This document shows positions 26,615 through 35,833 of a DNA stretch of 64,000 bases, in pieces. The position numbers were made by a program, and so were the translations under genes. Within the stretch, counting starts at the first letter, position 1; the number at the start of each line of letters is the position of its first letter. Source of the DNA: an uncultured bacterium (GTDB lineage: Bacteria; Krumholzibacteriota; Krumholzibacteriia; LZORAL124-64-63); NCBI GenBank assembly GCA_963732385.1, contig CAVSZB010000008.1, positions 1 to 64,000 of the forward strand. Direction: 5' to 3'. Under the pieces are notes generated by a model. The model did no database searches. It was not told the origin of the DNA and worked only from the letters and a program-made list of their open reading frames with translations.

Positions 26615-27462
26615 CTTCCGAACTCCGTCGCGCCGCCCTTTCTGTCCGGGTCGGTAGCGAACACGAAGCGCCAGGGCAGGTCCAGGTCCGCGTCGCAGGC
26701 GGCCAGGCGCAACAGGTGACAGTCGAAAGCGACCGGAGCGGGAGTGAGTACCGCCACGGCCATTTGGTGGGAGGGCAGCGGCCGGTAGCTGAGGAAGCGC
26801 CAAGGTCCGGGTTCGGGTCCGGGTTCGGGACGGGCGACCTCGAGGGCCGGTCCGGGACCGCTGGGCGAGGCGTCGAAGCGGAACAGGAACGAGTCCAGGG
26901 GAATAGCCAGACCGCGGCCGTCGGCCTTCATGACCGCCTCCTTCAGAGTCCAGATCTCGTAGAAGCGATGTCGCTTGGCGATGCCCCCCAAGGCCCGGTA
27001 GCCGGCGACTTCGGCGGGGGCGAAGTGGCGCGCCGCGATCTCGTCCTTGTCCTCCCGGATAAGTTCCGCGTCGCAGCCCAGGGGACCGTGGAGGCTGATT
27101 GCCCAAGCGATCAGCCCGGCGGTGTCGGAGGTGCTCAGGTGGAATGGGGCCGGACCGTCCGGCGACACGGCGTGGGGCTTGCCGTTTCCGTCGGGCTCAA
27201 TCATCCAGGGCCCGGACGACGCCAGCCCGAGCCGGTCCAGGATCACCGTGAGCAGGATGCGGGACAGGACCAGGTCGTTGCGGCGGTGTTGCACCGCATA
27301 GCGGTCGAACCGCTCCAACTCGCGGGTCATGAGCACGCGCGCGGCGCGTTCGGCCCGCATCGGCAGGGCGCCGAAGCCCTCGGGCACGGCTAAGCAGAAG
27401 ACCTGCACGGTCCCCTCCGCCAGACCCTGATTGCCGCGGGTAGGCGGCCCTTGAGTCATCAT
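26563..27462 (-). CDS. Sfp-type 4'-phosphopantetheinyl transferase
   Basis: GNGKP, LSTS, LGCDAE, FYEIWTLKEAVMKADGRGL; ATG at 27462 after GAGG. Confidence 0.9.
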   Translation of the reverse strand: MMTQGPPTRGNQGLAEGTVQVFCLAVPEGFGALPMRAERAARVLMTRELERFDRYAVQHRRNDLVLSRILLTVILDRLGLASSGPWMIEPDGNGKPHAVSPDGPAPFHLSTSDTAGLIAWAISLHGPLGCDAELIREDKDEIAARHFAPAEVAGYRALGGIAKRHRFYEIWTLKEAVMKADGRGLAIPLDSFLFRFDASPSGPGPALEVARPEPGPEPGPWRFLSYRPLPSHQMAVAVLTPAPVAFDCHLLRLAACDADLDLPWRFVFATDPDRKGGATEFGSYDPAAAAGGPGSGTIR

Positions 27463-27600
27463 TCCGGTGCCTCGGTCAATGGGTTCACGGGGGCGGATGT
27501 CCACCGCCCATGGTTGGCACAATACCAGGGTGGTTTCAATTACAACTCTGGGTGGCTGAATGCCTGGCTGGAACGAGGGGCTCCCGCCGCGGTCCGATCG

Positions 27601-27720
27601 ACGCTGGGATCGTGCCGCAACATCTCACTGGAAGTGACCCCGGGCGTGGCCGCCGACGAGGCAGGTAGGGAGGGCGTGCCGACTCTGGGCGACCGCGTCT
27701 ATATCGTGCCTTGGGCCAAG
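27601..27720 (+). pseudogene. Fragment of a serine O-acetyltransferase-like (CysE/WcaB hexapeptide-repeat) gene
   Basis: Translation TLGSCRNISLEVTPGVAADEAGREGVPTLGDRVYIVPWAK follows the pattern IGxNCNISQGVTIG...GVPxIGDxVYIGPGAK; no credible start, and similarity ends just before the stop of the convergent GT2. Confidence 0.6.
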
Positions 27721-27733
27721 GATGGCGATCGAC

Positions 27734-28612
27734 TCAGCGTCGGAGGATCAGATTGACGATGCTGACCCCGAGCCGCCGGTCGAAGGGCTTAAGGGCGAAG
27801 GATCGCCGGAAGTCGCGGATTGCCTCGCCACGGCGGCCGCTGCGCTTGTGCCAGTTTCCCCGGGTGACGTAGACGTGTGCCCAAGCCAGGTCGGCCTCCC
27901 GCCGGGAGATCGCTCCCGGATGCGCGGCCAGGAACCGCTCGAGGAGCCGGAAGTAGTTGTCCAGCCGCTCCCCCTCCTTCTTCGACATCTGCCCGGCCCA
28001 GATCCGGTAGTTGGCCAGCTTCTCGTCGACGAAGGCGAATTCGTACTTCAGCGAGATCCGCAGCCACAGGTCGTAGTCGATGGACATGGTCAGGTTCTCG
28101 TCGAACCCATTCATCTCCTTGAGCACCTCGGCCCGCACCACGGTCGTCGGGAAATGGACGAAGTTGTCGATCAGCAGGGGTCCGGTGATGTGGCCCCCGA
28201 CCTTCGGCATGGTCTTGTAGCCCAGGTCCCTTCCCTGGCCGTCAATGCAGGTGATGTCGCTGAAGACTACGGCGACCTTCGGATCGGCGAAGCGGGGGAT
28301 CTGGCGGGATAGCTTCCGGGGCTGCCATGTGTCGTCGGCGTCGCAGAAGGCCACGAACTCGCCGCGGGCTTCGGCGATCCCGCGGTTCTTGGCGACGGTC
28401 TGGCCGGCGTTCCGCTGGTGCACGACGCGCACGCGGGGATCGGACGCGTAGCGGGCCAGGATCTCGGCGGTGTTGTCGGTGGAGCCGTCGTCGATGACGA
28501 TAGACTCGATGTGGGGGTAGTCCTGGGCCAGGATGGAATCGAGGGTTTCGGCGATGTAGTTCTCCATGTTGTAGGTCGCCGTGACCACGGAAACCAAGCC
28601 CTGCTGTCTCAT
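27734..28612 (-). CDS. Glycosyltransferase family 2
   Basis: LVSVVTATYN, IDDGSTD, KNRG, AFCDADD, IDYDLWLR; ATG at 28612 after GGGGGA. Confidence 0.9.
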   Translation of the reverse strand: MRQQGLVSVVTATYNMENYIAETLDSILAQDYPHIESIVIDDGSTDNTAEILARYASDPRVRVVHQRNAGQTVAKNRGIAEARGEFVAFCDADDTWQPRKLSRQIPRFADPKVAVVFSDITCIDGQGRDLGYKTMPKVGGHITGPLLIDNFVHFPTTVVRAEVLKEMNGFDENLTMSIDYDLWLRISLKYEFAFVDEKLANYRIWAGQMSKKEGERLDNYFRLLERFLAAHPGAISRREADLAWAHVYVTRGNWHKRSGRRGEAIRDFRRSFALKPFDRRLGVSIVNLILRR

Positions 28613-28706
28613 GCGAATCAATCCCCCGGAATGGACGAGTGGCGTATCCACGCTGCCGCCAGGAAGGCTGCCCCCTCGCGGGATCCGCCCTGAGAGAGCA
28701 CCGCGC

Positions 28707-29786
28707 CTACGGGGCCCGGACCGGCTGGCTCGGCTGGCCCGGAGCCTCGACCGTCATGCCCTGGCCCGTCGTGACCTGGAAGCCGGGCGAGGCCGAACCA
28801 TTGGCGTCGACCACGTACAGCCAAGCCTGGACGCCGGTCGCGAACAGACCCTGCTTCACCGTGAAGCTGATCGAGGACGTGGTCCAATCTGTCGGCAGCT
28901 GGGGCTCGAAGAACGTGCAGGTCGCGTAGCTCGAGCTGTTGCCCAGGACCACGCGCGACCTCGTGTCGTCCATGTAGATGTCGTCGATCCAAGTCTCGAT
29001 GGCAGAGGTGTTGTTTGCGATCATTGGGCTGATCCAGGTATCGATCTGGGCCTTGCAGCCGGAAATGGTGGACCACGCGCTGCTGAGCGTCATGATGTTG
29101 CGGTCGCTGTTGTGGATGATCCTCCCGTCGAACCAGACTTGGTACGACCCGTTCGCGACCCCGGCATCGCTGAGGGAATAGTAGACCTCGATGAAGTGCC
29201 ACGTACTTGCGGTTTGCTGGTCGGTCTCCCATCCCAGGTTGAGAAACTCCGAGCAGTTGTTCACGTAGGCATAGTCGCCCCAGCCCGAGTTCGGCGCCGA
29301 ATCGTACGGCGGATTGTTCCATGATCCGCTCGTCGTGCGGTCCATCTTCCACACGCCGGAGCCGCCGGCCCACCTGAACCAGTACGAAAGGTACCGCTCC
29401 TTGGACGCAAGCCCCTGGCAAGAGATGACTTGGTCATGCGCACTGTCAGAATTGTCGTACTGGTAGGCGGAAAACGCACCGGTGCGTCGCTGAGCATTAT
29501 CGTACTTGCAGCTGGGCACGTCGCCGAACATCTGGAGCCATTCGATGTTCCCGACCGGCGTATGGCGGCCGACGATGTCGGCGCCGTCCGAGGCCCCGGA
29601 TTCGAAATCGTCGAACAGCCACGGCGCCGCGTGCGATTTGGTGCCGAAGCCGGTTCCGGAAATAGTCACCGCATTGCCGTTGGCAATGGTGCCATTGACG
29701 CCGGTGATCAGCTGTCCGTACGTCGCGGTCGCCGATCCGCAAACCAGCAGACAACCGAAAAACAAGGCTGAGGCCTTCACTTCCAT
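28707..29786 (-). CDS. Secreted beta-rich protein, possibly polysaccharide-lyase/concanavalin-like with Ig/TIG-like ends
   Basis: AAGGAG RBS, signal-peptide-like N-terminus (MEVKASALFFGCLLVCGSATA), DDFESG, WHFIEVY..NGSYQVWFDG, WIDDIYMD, Pro-rich tail. Confidence 0.6.
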   Translation of the reverse strand: MEVKASALFFGCLLVCGSATATYGQLITGVNGTIANGNAVTISGTGFGTKSHAAPWLFDDFESGASDGADIVGRHTPVGNIEWLQMFGDVPSCKYDNAQRRTGAFSAYQYDNSDSAHDQVISCQGLASKERYLSYWFRWAGGSGVWKMDRTTSGSWNNPPYDSAPNSGWGDYAYVNNCSEFLNLGWETDQQTASTWHFIEVYYSLSDAGVANGSYQVWFDGRIIHNSDRNIMTLSSAWSTISGCKAQIDTWISPMIANNTSAIETWIDDIYMDDTRSRVVLGNSSSYATCTFFEPQLPTDWTTSSISFTVKQGLFATGVQAWLYVVDANGSASPGFQVTTGQGMTVEAPGQPSQPVRAP

Positions 29787-29926
29787 GCTCCTTGCCGGGC
29801 CTCCGGGGTACCGGGAACCCGTTCCAAGATCAGAACCCCCCGTGTAATCGGGCCGAATGAAGAGATCGGCCTTTGAAGTACGGAGCTTTGCAATATTCGC
29901 GCCACGGTAAACGCAAAGAATATTAT

Positions 29927-29955
29927 AGAATAGTAAAATACCTCGCCGTTGTCTA
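29927..29955 (-). promoter_or_regulatory. Sigma70-like promoter for the 29786/28612 genes
   Basis: Minus strand TAGACA-17 nt-TATTCT, with an adjacent TATAAT, in an AT-rich patch of a divergent intergenic region. Confidence 0.5.
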
Positions 29956-30208
29956 CATTCGGCAAGTCCCGGCCGGCGACCGGGCGGGGGGCCGTTAAGT
30001 CGTTGCTTCAAGAGTCGCGGGGGCATAGAGTTGGCCAAAGCCTCCGATTCGGTTATCGTGATTCCTCTTCAACGATCCTGCGCTGGGATTCCGCTCCGGC
30101 GCCGGCCGCGCGGGGGCAGGGTCGCCGAGCGAGGAGGTTCCGCCGCGGCCGAAGTTAAGGCGGTTCGTCGCTGATCGCCAATTCCTAGCTGGGAACAGGG
30201 TCGACTCA

Positions 30209-31669
30209 ATGGCAGAAAACCGACTGGGAGCCCCGTCGGTCGCGTGTTGGGGCGATGTCCCCGGACCGCGCCGCGCGCCCGCATATCCCAAACCCAACCT
30301 CATCTTCCTGCTAACCTTCATCGCCTTCGTCGTGGCGCGCTACATCAGCGTGAACGAACGGATGGATCTGCTGCGCACCGTGCGGTTCGAGTTCGTGCTG
30401 GGAATGATGGCCTCTGCTTTCGCGACGGCGAGGATCCTCTCGCAGCCGCCGCGGATCGGGAAATCCGGGCCGGTCATCCTGTGGATCATCGCCCTGTTCG
30501 CCGTGATCGCAGTCCAGGTGCCCTTCGCGGCGGATCAGTTCTACGCCCCGCTGGTCTTCACCAACCGCGTCTTCAAGTTCGCGGTCTTGGCCTTCCTCAT
30601 CGCGGCCATGGTCGAATCGCCGATGGTCATGAAGGTGTTTCTGGGCTCCTTCCTGTTCTCGATCTTCTACGTTACCCTCGAGGCGACCGAGGGGCTGATC
30701 AGCGGGGGGCTCTACTGGGAAAACCAAGGGATCATGAGGCTGCATGGCGCGGTTTCCCAATATGGCCACCCCAACAGCCTGGGTGGGGTCGCGCTCGGCA
30801 GCCTGCCTTTCATCATCTTCCTGTTCCCGCACATCAGGAACTGGGTTCTCCGGCTGGGCCTGTTGGCGACTGCGACGACCTCGCTGATCTGCGTCATCTA
30901 CTCTGGCTCGCGGACTTCCTATATCGGCCTGCTGTCCCTCGTTCCCTGGTACTGGTTCCACCGGCGGCGGAAGCTGCGCTCGGGGCTGATTCTCCTCGGC
31001 CTGGGACTGGTCGTCGTGCCGCTTATCCCGAACCAGTACATCGGGCGCTTCGAGAGCATCGGCGGCACGGAGGCGGAGGGCGGCTCCAAGGCCGCCCGGA
31101 TTCAGATCATGGAAGATGCCTGGGTGATCCTAAAGGAGCACCCCATGGGCGTCGGCGTGTCGTCCTTCCCGGCGGTGCGCAACGCGCGCTTCGGACGATC
31201 CCAGGATACCCACAATCTCTACCTTGAGGTCGCGACCAACCTGGGGCTGCAGGGATTCGCCGTCTTTGTCGGCTTCGTGACCTCGATGATGTTGACCTTC
31301 CGGCGGTCAGCGATAGACCTGCTGGCCCAGGCGGCGGCCCTGCGCCGGGCGACGAAGGGCGCGGGGCTGGCGCGCGATCTGGGGCGCCAGGTCGCGAAGC
31401 AGGTCGCGGATCTCGACTTCCTGGTCGATGTCGCGAGGGCCGGGGCGGGATTCATATTCATCCGCCTGGTCCTGGGCGCCTTCGGCATGGACCTGTACGA
31501 GATCTACTGGTGGTTCGGGGCGGGGATGGCCATCTCGCTGTCCGGCATGGTCGTGGTCACGCGCCGCAGAACCGATGCTCTTCTGGGAAGGATCGATTCG
31601 CGGCCGCAGTCCGAGATCTTCGCGCGGGAGCCCGGCCAGCGGCCCGCGCGGATCGGGGGATCGGCATGA
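30209..31669 (+). CDS. O-antigen ligase/Wzy polymerase-like membrane protein (Wzy_C)
   Basis: Multiple TM helices, GHPNSL, SGSRTS, R...MEDAW..LKEHPMGVG, DTHNLYLEV. Confidence 0.8.
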   Translation: MAENRLGAPSVACWGDVPGPRRAPAYPKPNLIFLLTFIAFVVARYISVNERMDLLRTVRFEFVLGMMASAFATARILSQPPRIGKSGPVILWIIALFAVIAVQVPFAADQFYAPLVFTNRVFKFAVLAFLIAAMVESPMVMKVFLGSFLFSIFYVTLEATEGLISGGLYWENQGIMRLHGAVSQYGHPNSLGGVALGSLPFIIFLFPHIRNWVLRLGLLATATTSLICVIYSGSRTSYIGLLSLVPWYWFHRRRKLRSGLILLGLGLVVVPLIPNQYIGRFESIGGTEAEGGSKAARIQIMEDAWVILKEHPMGVGVSSFPAVRNARFGRSQDTHNLYLEVATNLGLQGFAVFVGFVTSMMLTFRRSAIDLLAQAAALRRATKGAGLARDLGRQVAKQVADLDFLVDVARAGAGFIFIRLVLGAFGMDLYEIYWWFGAGMAISLSGMVVVTRRRTDALLGRIDSRPQSEIFAREPGQRPARIGGSA

Positions 31670-32604
31670 AGCCTGAAATCAGCATCGTCGTGCCTCTGTA
31701 CAACGAGGAACTCGTGATCGGGGAGATGGCCCGCCGGTTGACCATGGTCATGGATGCGACGGGCCTGGAATACGAGATCGTGATGGTCAATGACGGCAGC
31801 CGGGACCGGACCGCGGAACTGGCGCGGGCGATCTGCGCGGGCGATCTGCGCTACAAACTGCTCGGTTTCTCGCGCAACTTCGGGCACCAGTTCGCCATCA
31901 CCGCTGGCATGGACCGCAGCCGTGGGCAGGCGGTCGTCGTCATCGACGCCGACCTGCAGGATCCTCCCGAGATCATCCCGGAGATGATCGCCAAGTGGCG
32001 CGACGGCTACCAGGTCGTCTATGGCCTGCGGGAGAAGCGCGAGGGCGAAAGCTGGTTCAAGCTGCTGACGGCCAGGATGTTCTACAGGATCCTCAGGCGG
32101 TTGACCGCCGTGGAGATCCCCGTCGACACCGGAGATTTCCGGCTGGTGGACCGACGTGTCCTGGACGAGCTCAAAACCATGCGCGAGCGGTCGCGCTTCG
32201 TGCGCGGCATGGTCAGTTGGGTTGGCTTCCGACAGGGCGCGGTGTCGTACGTCCGACACGAGCGGCACGCTGGCGAGACGAAATACCCCTTCTCCAAGAT
32301 GCTGAAGTTCGCCATCGACGGGTTGCTGGCCTTCTCGCAGGTTCCCCTGCGGCTCGCCTCGGGACTGGGCCTCGCGGCATCGCTGGTGAGCTTCATCTTC
32401 ATGATCTACGGGGTCGTGGTCAAGTACGTCGCCCCGGCGACGGTCATTCCCGGTTGGAGCTCCATTTTCTCGGCGATCCTGTTCCTCGGCGGGGTTCAGC
32501 TCATCTGTCTCGGGGTGCTCGGCGAGTACATCGGCCGCATCTACGAAGAGATCAAGAACCGGCCGCTTTATATCGTGGACGAGGAAATGAATTTCAAAGA
32601 ATGA
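31666..32604 (+). CDS. GtrB/ArnC-like polyprenyl-phosphate glycosyltransferase (GT2)
   Basis: ISIVVPLYNEE, NDGSRD, SRNFGHQ, IDADLQDPP, TGDFRLVDR, GEYIGRIYEE; two C-terminal TMs; ATGA overlap with the upstream gene. Confidence 0.9.
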   Translation: MKPEISIVVPLYNEELVIGEMARRLTMVMDATGLEYEIVMVNDGSRDRTAELARAICAGDLRYKLLGFSRNFGHQFAITAGMDRSRGQAVVVIDADLQDPPEIIPEMIAKWRDGYQVVYGLREKREGESWFKLLTARMFYRILRRLTAVEIPVDTGDFRLVDRRVLDELKTMRERSRFVRGMVSWVGFRQGAVSYVRHERHAGETKYPFSKMLKFAIDGLLAFSQVPLRLASGLGLAASLVSFIFMIYGVVVKYVAPATVIPGWSSIFSAILFLGGVQLICLGVLGEYIGRIYEEIKNRPLYIVDEEMNFKE

Positions 32605-33026
32605 GTACCGGCCGACAGTTCGTGAAGTTCGGCGTGGTGGGAGTACTGAACACTGCTGTCCAGTACGTCGTCTTCATTGTCCTTTTCCGGTCATTCGGAG
32701 TGCCGATGATGTTGGCGTCCGGAACCGGCTATCTGGCGGGAATCGTGAACAGCTATTTCATTAACCGCGCTTGGACCTTCCGAATGGACCGGTCCCGGAG
32801 CGCCGGCGAGTTCGCTAGGTTCGTAATCGTCAACGTCCTGGCCATGGGGATGAACCTGCTGGCGTTGAAGCTGCTGGTCTCACGCTCCGGGATGCTGCCG
32901 GAGGCGGCCCAGATGTGCGCCATCGGTGCCTCCCTCCTCGTAAACTTCGCGGGCAACAAGCTATGGACCTTCCGCGGGCCCGGTGGCCCGGCCGCGTTGG
33001 GCGGGAATGGAGCTGGAATTGACTAG
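32601..33026 (+). CDS. GtrA-family lipid-linked sugar flippase
   Basis: QFVKFGVVGVLNTAV, NRAWTF, NKLWTF; four TMs; ATGA overlap with the gtrB-like gene. Confidence 0.85.
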   Translation: MSTGRQFVKFGVVGVLNTAVQYVVFIVLFRSFGVPMMLASGTGYLAGIVNSYFINRAWTFRMDRSRSAGEFARFVIVNVLAMGMNLLALKLLVSRSGMLPEAAQMCAIGASLLVNFAGNKLWTFRGPGGPAALGGNGAGID

Positions 33027-34671
33027 GGACATGTCCTGGCGCCTGTCATGGTTCGTTCTGGCAGCGGCCCTCGTCCTGTCGCTGGTCCTGAAGGTTCCGC
33101 ACCTGGGCCTGGGGGCGCCCCATGTGACGATCGACGACGGCACGGCCTACAGCGGGGGTTTCTTGGTCTGGTTTGGCAACGCCCCGCCGCAGCGGATGTA
33201 CCTGGAGAGCTGGGTGAACGGCGTGTCCTCCCTGGCCGTCTACGTGGGCCGGAAGGCGGCGGTGGGAGATTTCCGGGGGCTGGGGCTGAACCTCGTGGCC
33301 GATGCCTACCGCGATTTCTACAACCATCCTGAGACCTACGTGAAGGTCTACCGCGGGCTCATGCTGGCCGTGGACCTGGCGACCGCCGCTCTCCTGCTCG
33401 CTCTGAGCCGGGCGCTCCTGCCCGGGAGGCGATTGCGCTGGGTGCCTGCCGTGGCGACCGCCATGTACCTGCTGTCCTACAACACGATCTGGTGCGACAT
33501 CGTCGCGCGCCCCGATACGTTGACGGCCTTCTTCGGCACCCTGGGACTGCTGGGCTACTACCGTTCGGATTTCGGCCGGCGGCGGCCGCCCTTCTATCTG
33601 GCGGCCGTCGCGTTCGGCCTGTGCGCGGGCATGAAGTTACACGGGGCTTTCTTCGTCGTCTTCATCCTGCTGGACATGGTCCGCGAGCACGGGTTGCGCA
33701 GGGGCTTGGCCACCGCTGCCCCGTTCGTGCTCGTCGCCGTATCCGTCTTCGCCGTGGCGGCAGGGACGCCTCTTTTCGATCCCCTGAAGTACGTCAAACT
33801 GCGGATGCTCAACGTGGCCGACGACAAGTCGCCGTGGATCCAATGGGGGGACCAGGTGGTGACAGCGTTGCGGGGTGCCGGCTGGCTGGTCCTGCCTCTG
33901 GTCGTATGGTCGGCGGTGGTGGCTTGGCGCGAACGAGCGGAGGCCGAGCAGAACCGGCTGCGCAGCCTGGCCCTGCTGGCCTCCTGTTGGCTGCTGCTCT
34001 TCCTGAGCCTCCGCCAGCTGCGCGCGTATTGGATGCTGCCTGCCCTGCCGCTGTTCTACCTGGCGGCCCTGGCATCGCTGGCGCGCCTGCGACGGGGGCG
34101 CCTGGTCGCCGTCGTGGTCGCGGCGCTGCTGCTGGCTCTGGGTTGGCAGAGCGTGGAGCAGGCCCGGAAGCTGCGCCGGGTGGGCTACGGGGAGCTGCGC
34201 GAGTGGGTGCGGGCGAACGTGCGCGCGGAAGAGCCTTTCTTCATCTTTGGTTACAGTGCCCTGGACCTCCCGAAGAATACGCAATGCATGTCGAAGACCC
34301 GGCAGGGCCTGGAGCGGGGCTTGGTCGCCGACCTGGCCGCCGGCGTTCCCTACGTCGAGCGCCACCTGAAGAACTGGGAGGAGCAGTCCGCGCTCGCGCT
34401 GATGGACCTGCTCGGATTCCGCAACGAGCCGGGGTGGGAGTTCTACAGCTACTACGCCACGCCCCTGGACCGCTTCCGAGGCATCGTCGACATCGATGAC
34501 ATGCGGTATCTCGTCGTCCAGGAGGGTTTCAATAGCCCTCCCGATTTCCCGCTCGGGGATTATCTGGCGGAGCATTTCGACCTCGCGGCCGCGGACGTCA
34601 CCGGCAACGGGGGAGGCGGCTTCGGCCTAGCCTACCAAATCTACAGGCGCAGGGGCGGGGATGCGAACTGA
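33007..34671 (+). CDS. GtrC/ArnT-like GT-C membrane glycosyltransferase
   Basis: Acidic DD pair after TM1 (TIDD), RPD and K motifs, about 10 TMs, soluble C-terminal domain; directly follows the gtrB/gtrA-like genes. Start 33007 or 33031. Confidence 0.65.
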   Translation: MELELTRDMSWRLSWFVLAAALVLSLVLKVPHLGLGAPHVTIDDGTAYSGGFLVWFGNAPPQRMYLESWVNGVSSLAVYVGRKAAVGDFRGLGLNLVADAYRDFYNHPETYVKVYRGLMLAVDLATAALLLALSRALLPGRRLRWVPAVATAMYLLSYNTIWCDIVARPDTLTAFFGTLGLLGYYRSDFGRRRPPFYLAAVAFGLCAGMKLHGAFFVVFILLDMVREHGLRRGLATAAPFVLVAVSVFAVAAGTPLFDPLKYVKLRMLNVADDKSPWIQWGDQVVTALRGAGWLVLPLVVWSAVVAWRERAEAEQNRLRSLALLASCWLLLFLSLRQLRAYWMLPALPLFYLAALASLARLRRGRLVAVVVAALLLALGWQSVEQARKLRRVGYGELREWVRANVRAEEPFFIFGYSALDLPKNTQCMSKTRQGLERGLVADLAAGVPYVERHLKNWEEQSALALMDLLGFRNEPGWEFYSYYATPLDRFRGIVDIDDMRYLVVQEGFNSPPDFPLGDYLAEHFDLAAADVTGNGGGGFGLAYQIYRRRGGDAN

Positions 34672-35833
34672 TCCCCTGCGCATCCTTCATTTCATCGACA
34701 GCGGCGGTCTCTACGGCGCCGAGAAGGTCATTCTGAACCTCTCGCGGCGGATGCTGGCCTCGCCGGACTACCGGCCCCTGGTCGGCTGCATCGTCTCGCG
34801 TCCGGACGAGCCCTGCGAGCTTTACGACGAGGCGAGGCGGCAGGGCATCGAGGCTCTGCGCCTGGTCATTCGCAATGGCCGCTTGGCCGAGGACCTGCCG
34901 CGCGTGGGCCGCAGGCTGCGGCGGGAGGGCGTCGGTCTGGTTCATTCCCACGGCTACAAAGCGTCGGTGTTCGGCTTCCTGTGCCGGCCCTGGTCGGGGG
35001 CGCCGGTCACCGCGACCTGCCACCTGTGGTTCAAGGGCGAGGGGCAGCCCCTGAAGATGAAGGCCATGCTGGTCGCCGAGAAACTGGTTTACCGCCGTTA
35101 CCGGGACATCGTCGGCGTTTCGCGACCGATCCGCGACATTCTGGTGGCGTCCGGCGTGCCCGCCGATAGGATCCACATCATCGAAAACGGGGTGGAGGTT
35201 GGCGAACGGTCCTCCCTCGACCCGGGCGCGGCGGCCGGGCTGAGGCGTAGCCTTGACCTGCCCGAAGAAGCGTTCCTCGTCTTTCACGCTGCGCGGTTGA
35301 ACCGACAGAAGGGGCAGGCGGACATCGTCAGGGCGGCCGCGCGCCTGCGGGCGGAGGGCGAGGACGTCCGCTTCCTGATCGTCGGTGACGGCCCGCTTGA
35401 GGGGGAACTGAAGGCGTTGGCGCAGGCGGAGGGGGTCGCGGACGTCGTGGTCTTCGGCGGCTTCCGCAAGGACATCGACGATCTGCTGCAGCTGGCCGAC
35501 GTGTTCGTGCTGCCCTCGCTGGACGAGGGAATGCCCATGAGCCTGCTCGAAGCGGTGTCGCGCCGCGTGCCGGTGGTTGCCACCGCGGTCGGTGACATTC
35601 CCCTCGTGATCGAACACGAGCGCTCGGGATTGATCGTGCCGCGCGGGGACGCTGCGGAGTTGGCGGCAGCCATCCGGAGGATCCTGCTGGACCCGCCGCA
35701 TGCGGCGATGATGGCCGAGAAGGCCCTGGAAGCGGTGCGGCGCGGCTATTCGAGCGAGGCGATGTTCGCGAAGTATGCCCAGATCTATTCCCGTTATGCC
35801 GGGCCCGAGGCTGCCGACGGAGGCGCAACTTGA
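34661..35833 (+). CDS. Glycosyltransferase family 4
   Basis: LRILHFIDSGGLYGAE, RLNRQKG, PSLDEGMPMSLLEA, PVVATAVG. Confidence 0.9.
   Translation: MRTDPLRILHFIDSGGLYGAEKVILNLSRRMLASPDYRPLVGCIVSRPDEPCELYDEARRQGIEALRLVIRNGRLAEDLPRVGRRLRREGVGLVHSHGYKASVFGFLCRPWSGAPVTATCHLWFKGEGQPLKMKAMLVAEKLVYRRYRDIVGVSRPIRDILVASGVPADRIHIIENGVEVGERSSLDPGAAAGLRRSLDLPEEAFLVFHAARLNRQKGQADIVRAAARLRAEGEDVRFLIVGDGPLEGELKALAQAEGVADVVVFGGFRKDIDDLLQLADVFVLPSLDEGMPMSLLEAVSRRVPVVATAVGDIPLVIEHERSGLIVPRGDAAELAAAIRRILLDPPHAAMMAEKALEAVRRGYSSEAMFAKYAQIYSRYAGPEAADGGAT

Noticed and set aside
26804..26830. Short tandem repeat GGTCCGGGTTCG
   Set aside because: About two units encoding a PEPG linker in the PPTase; not an array.
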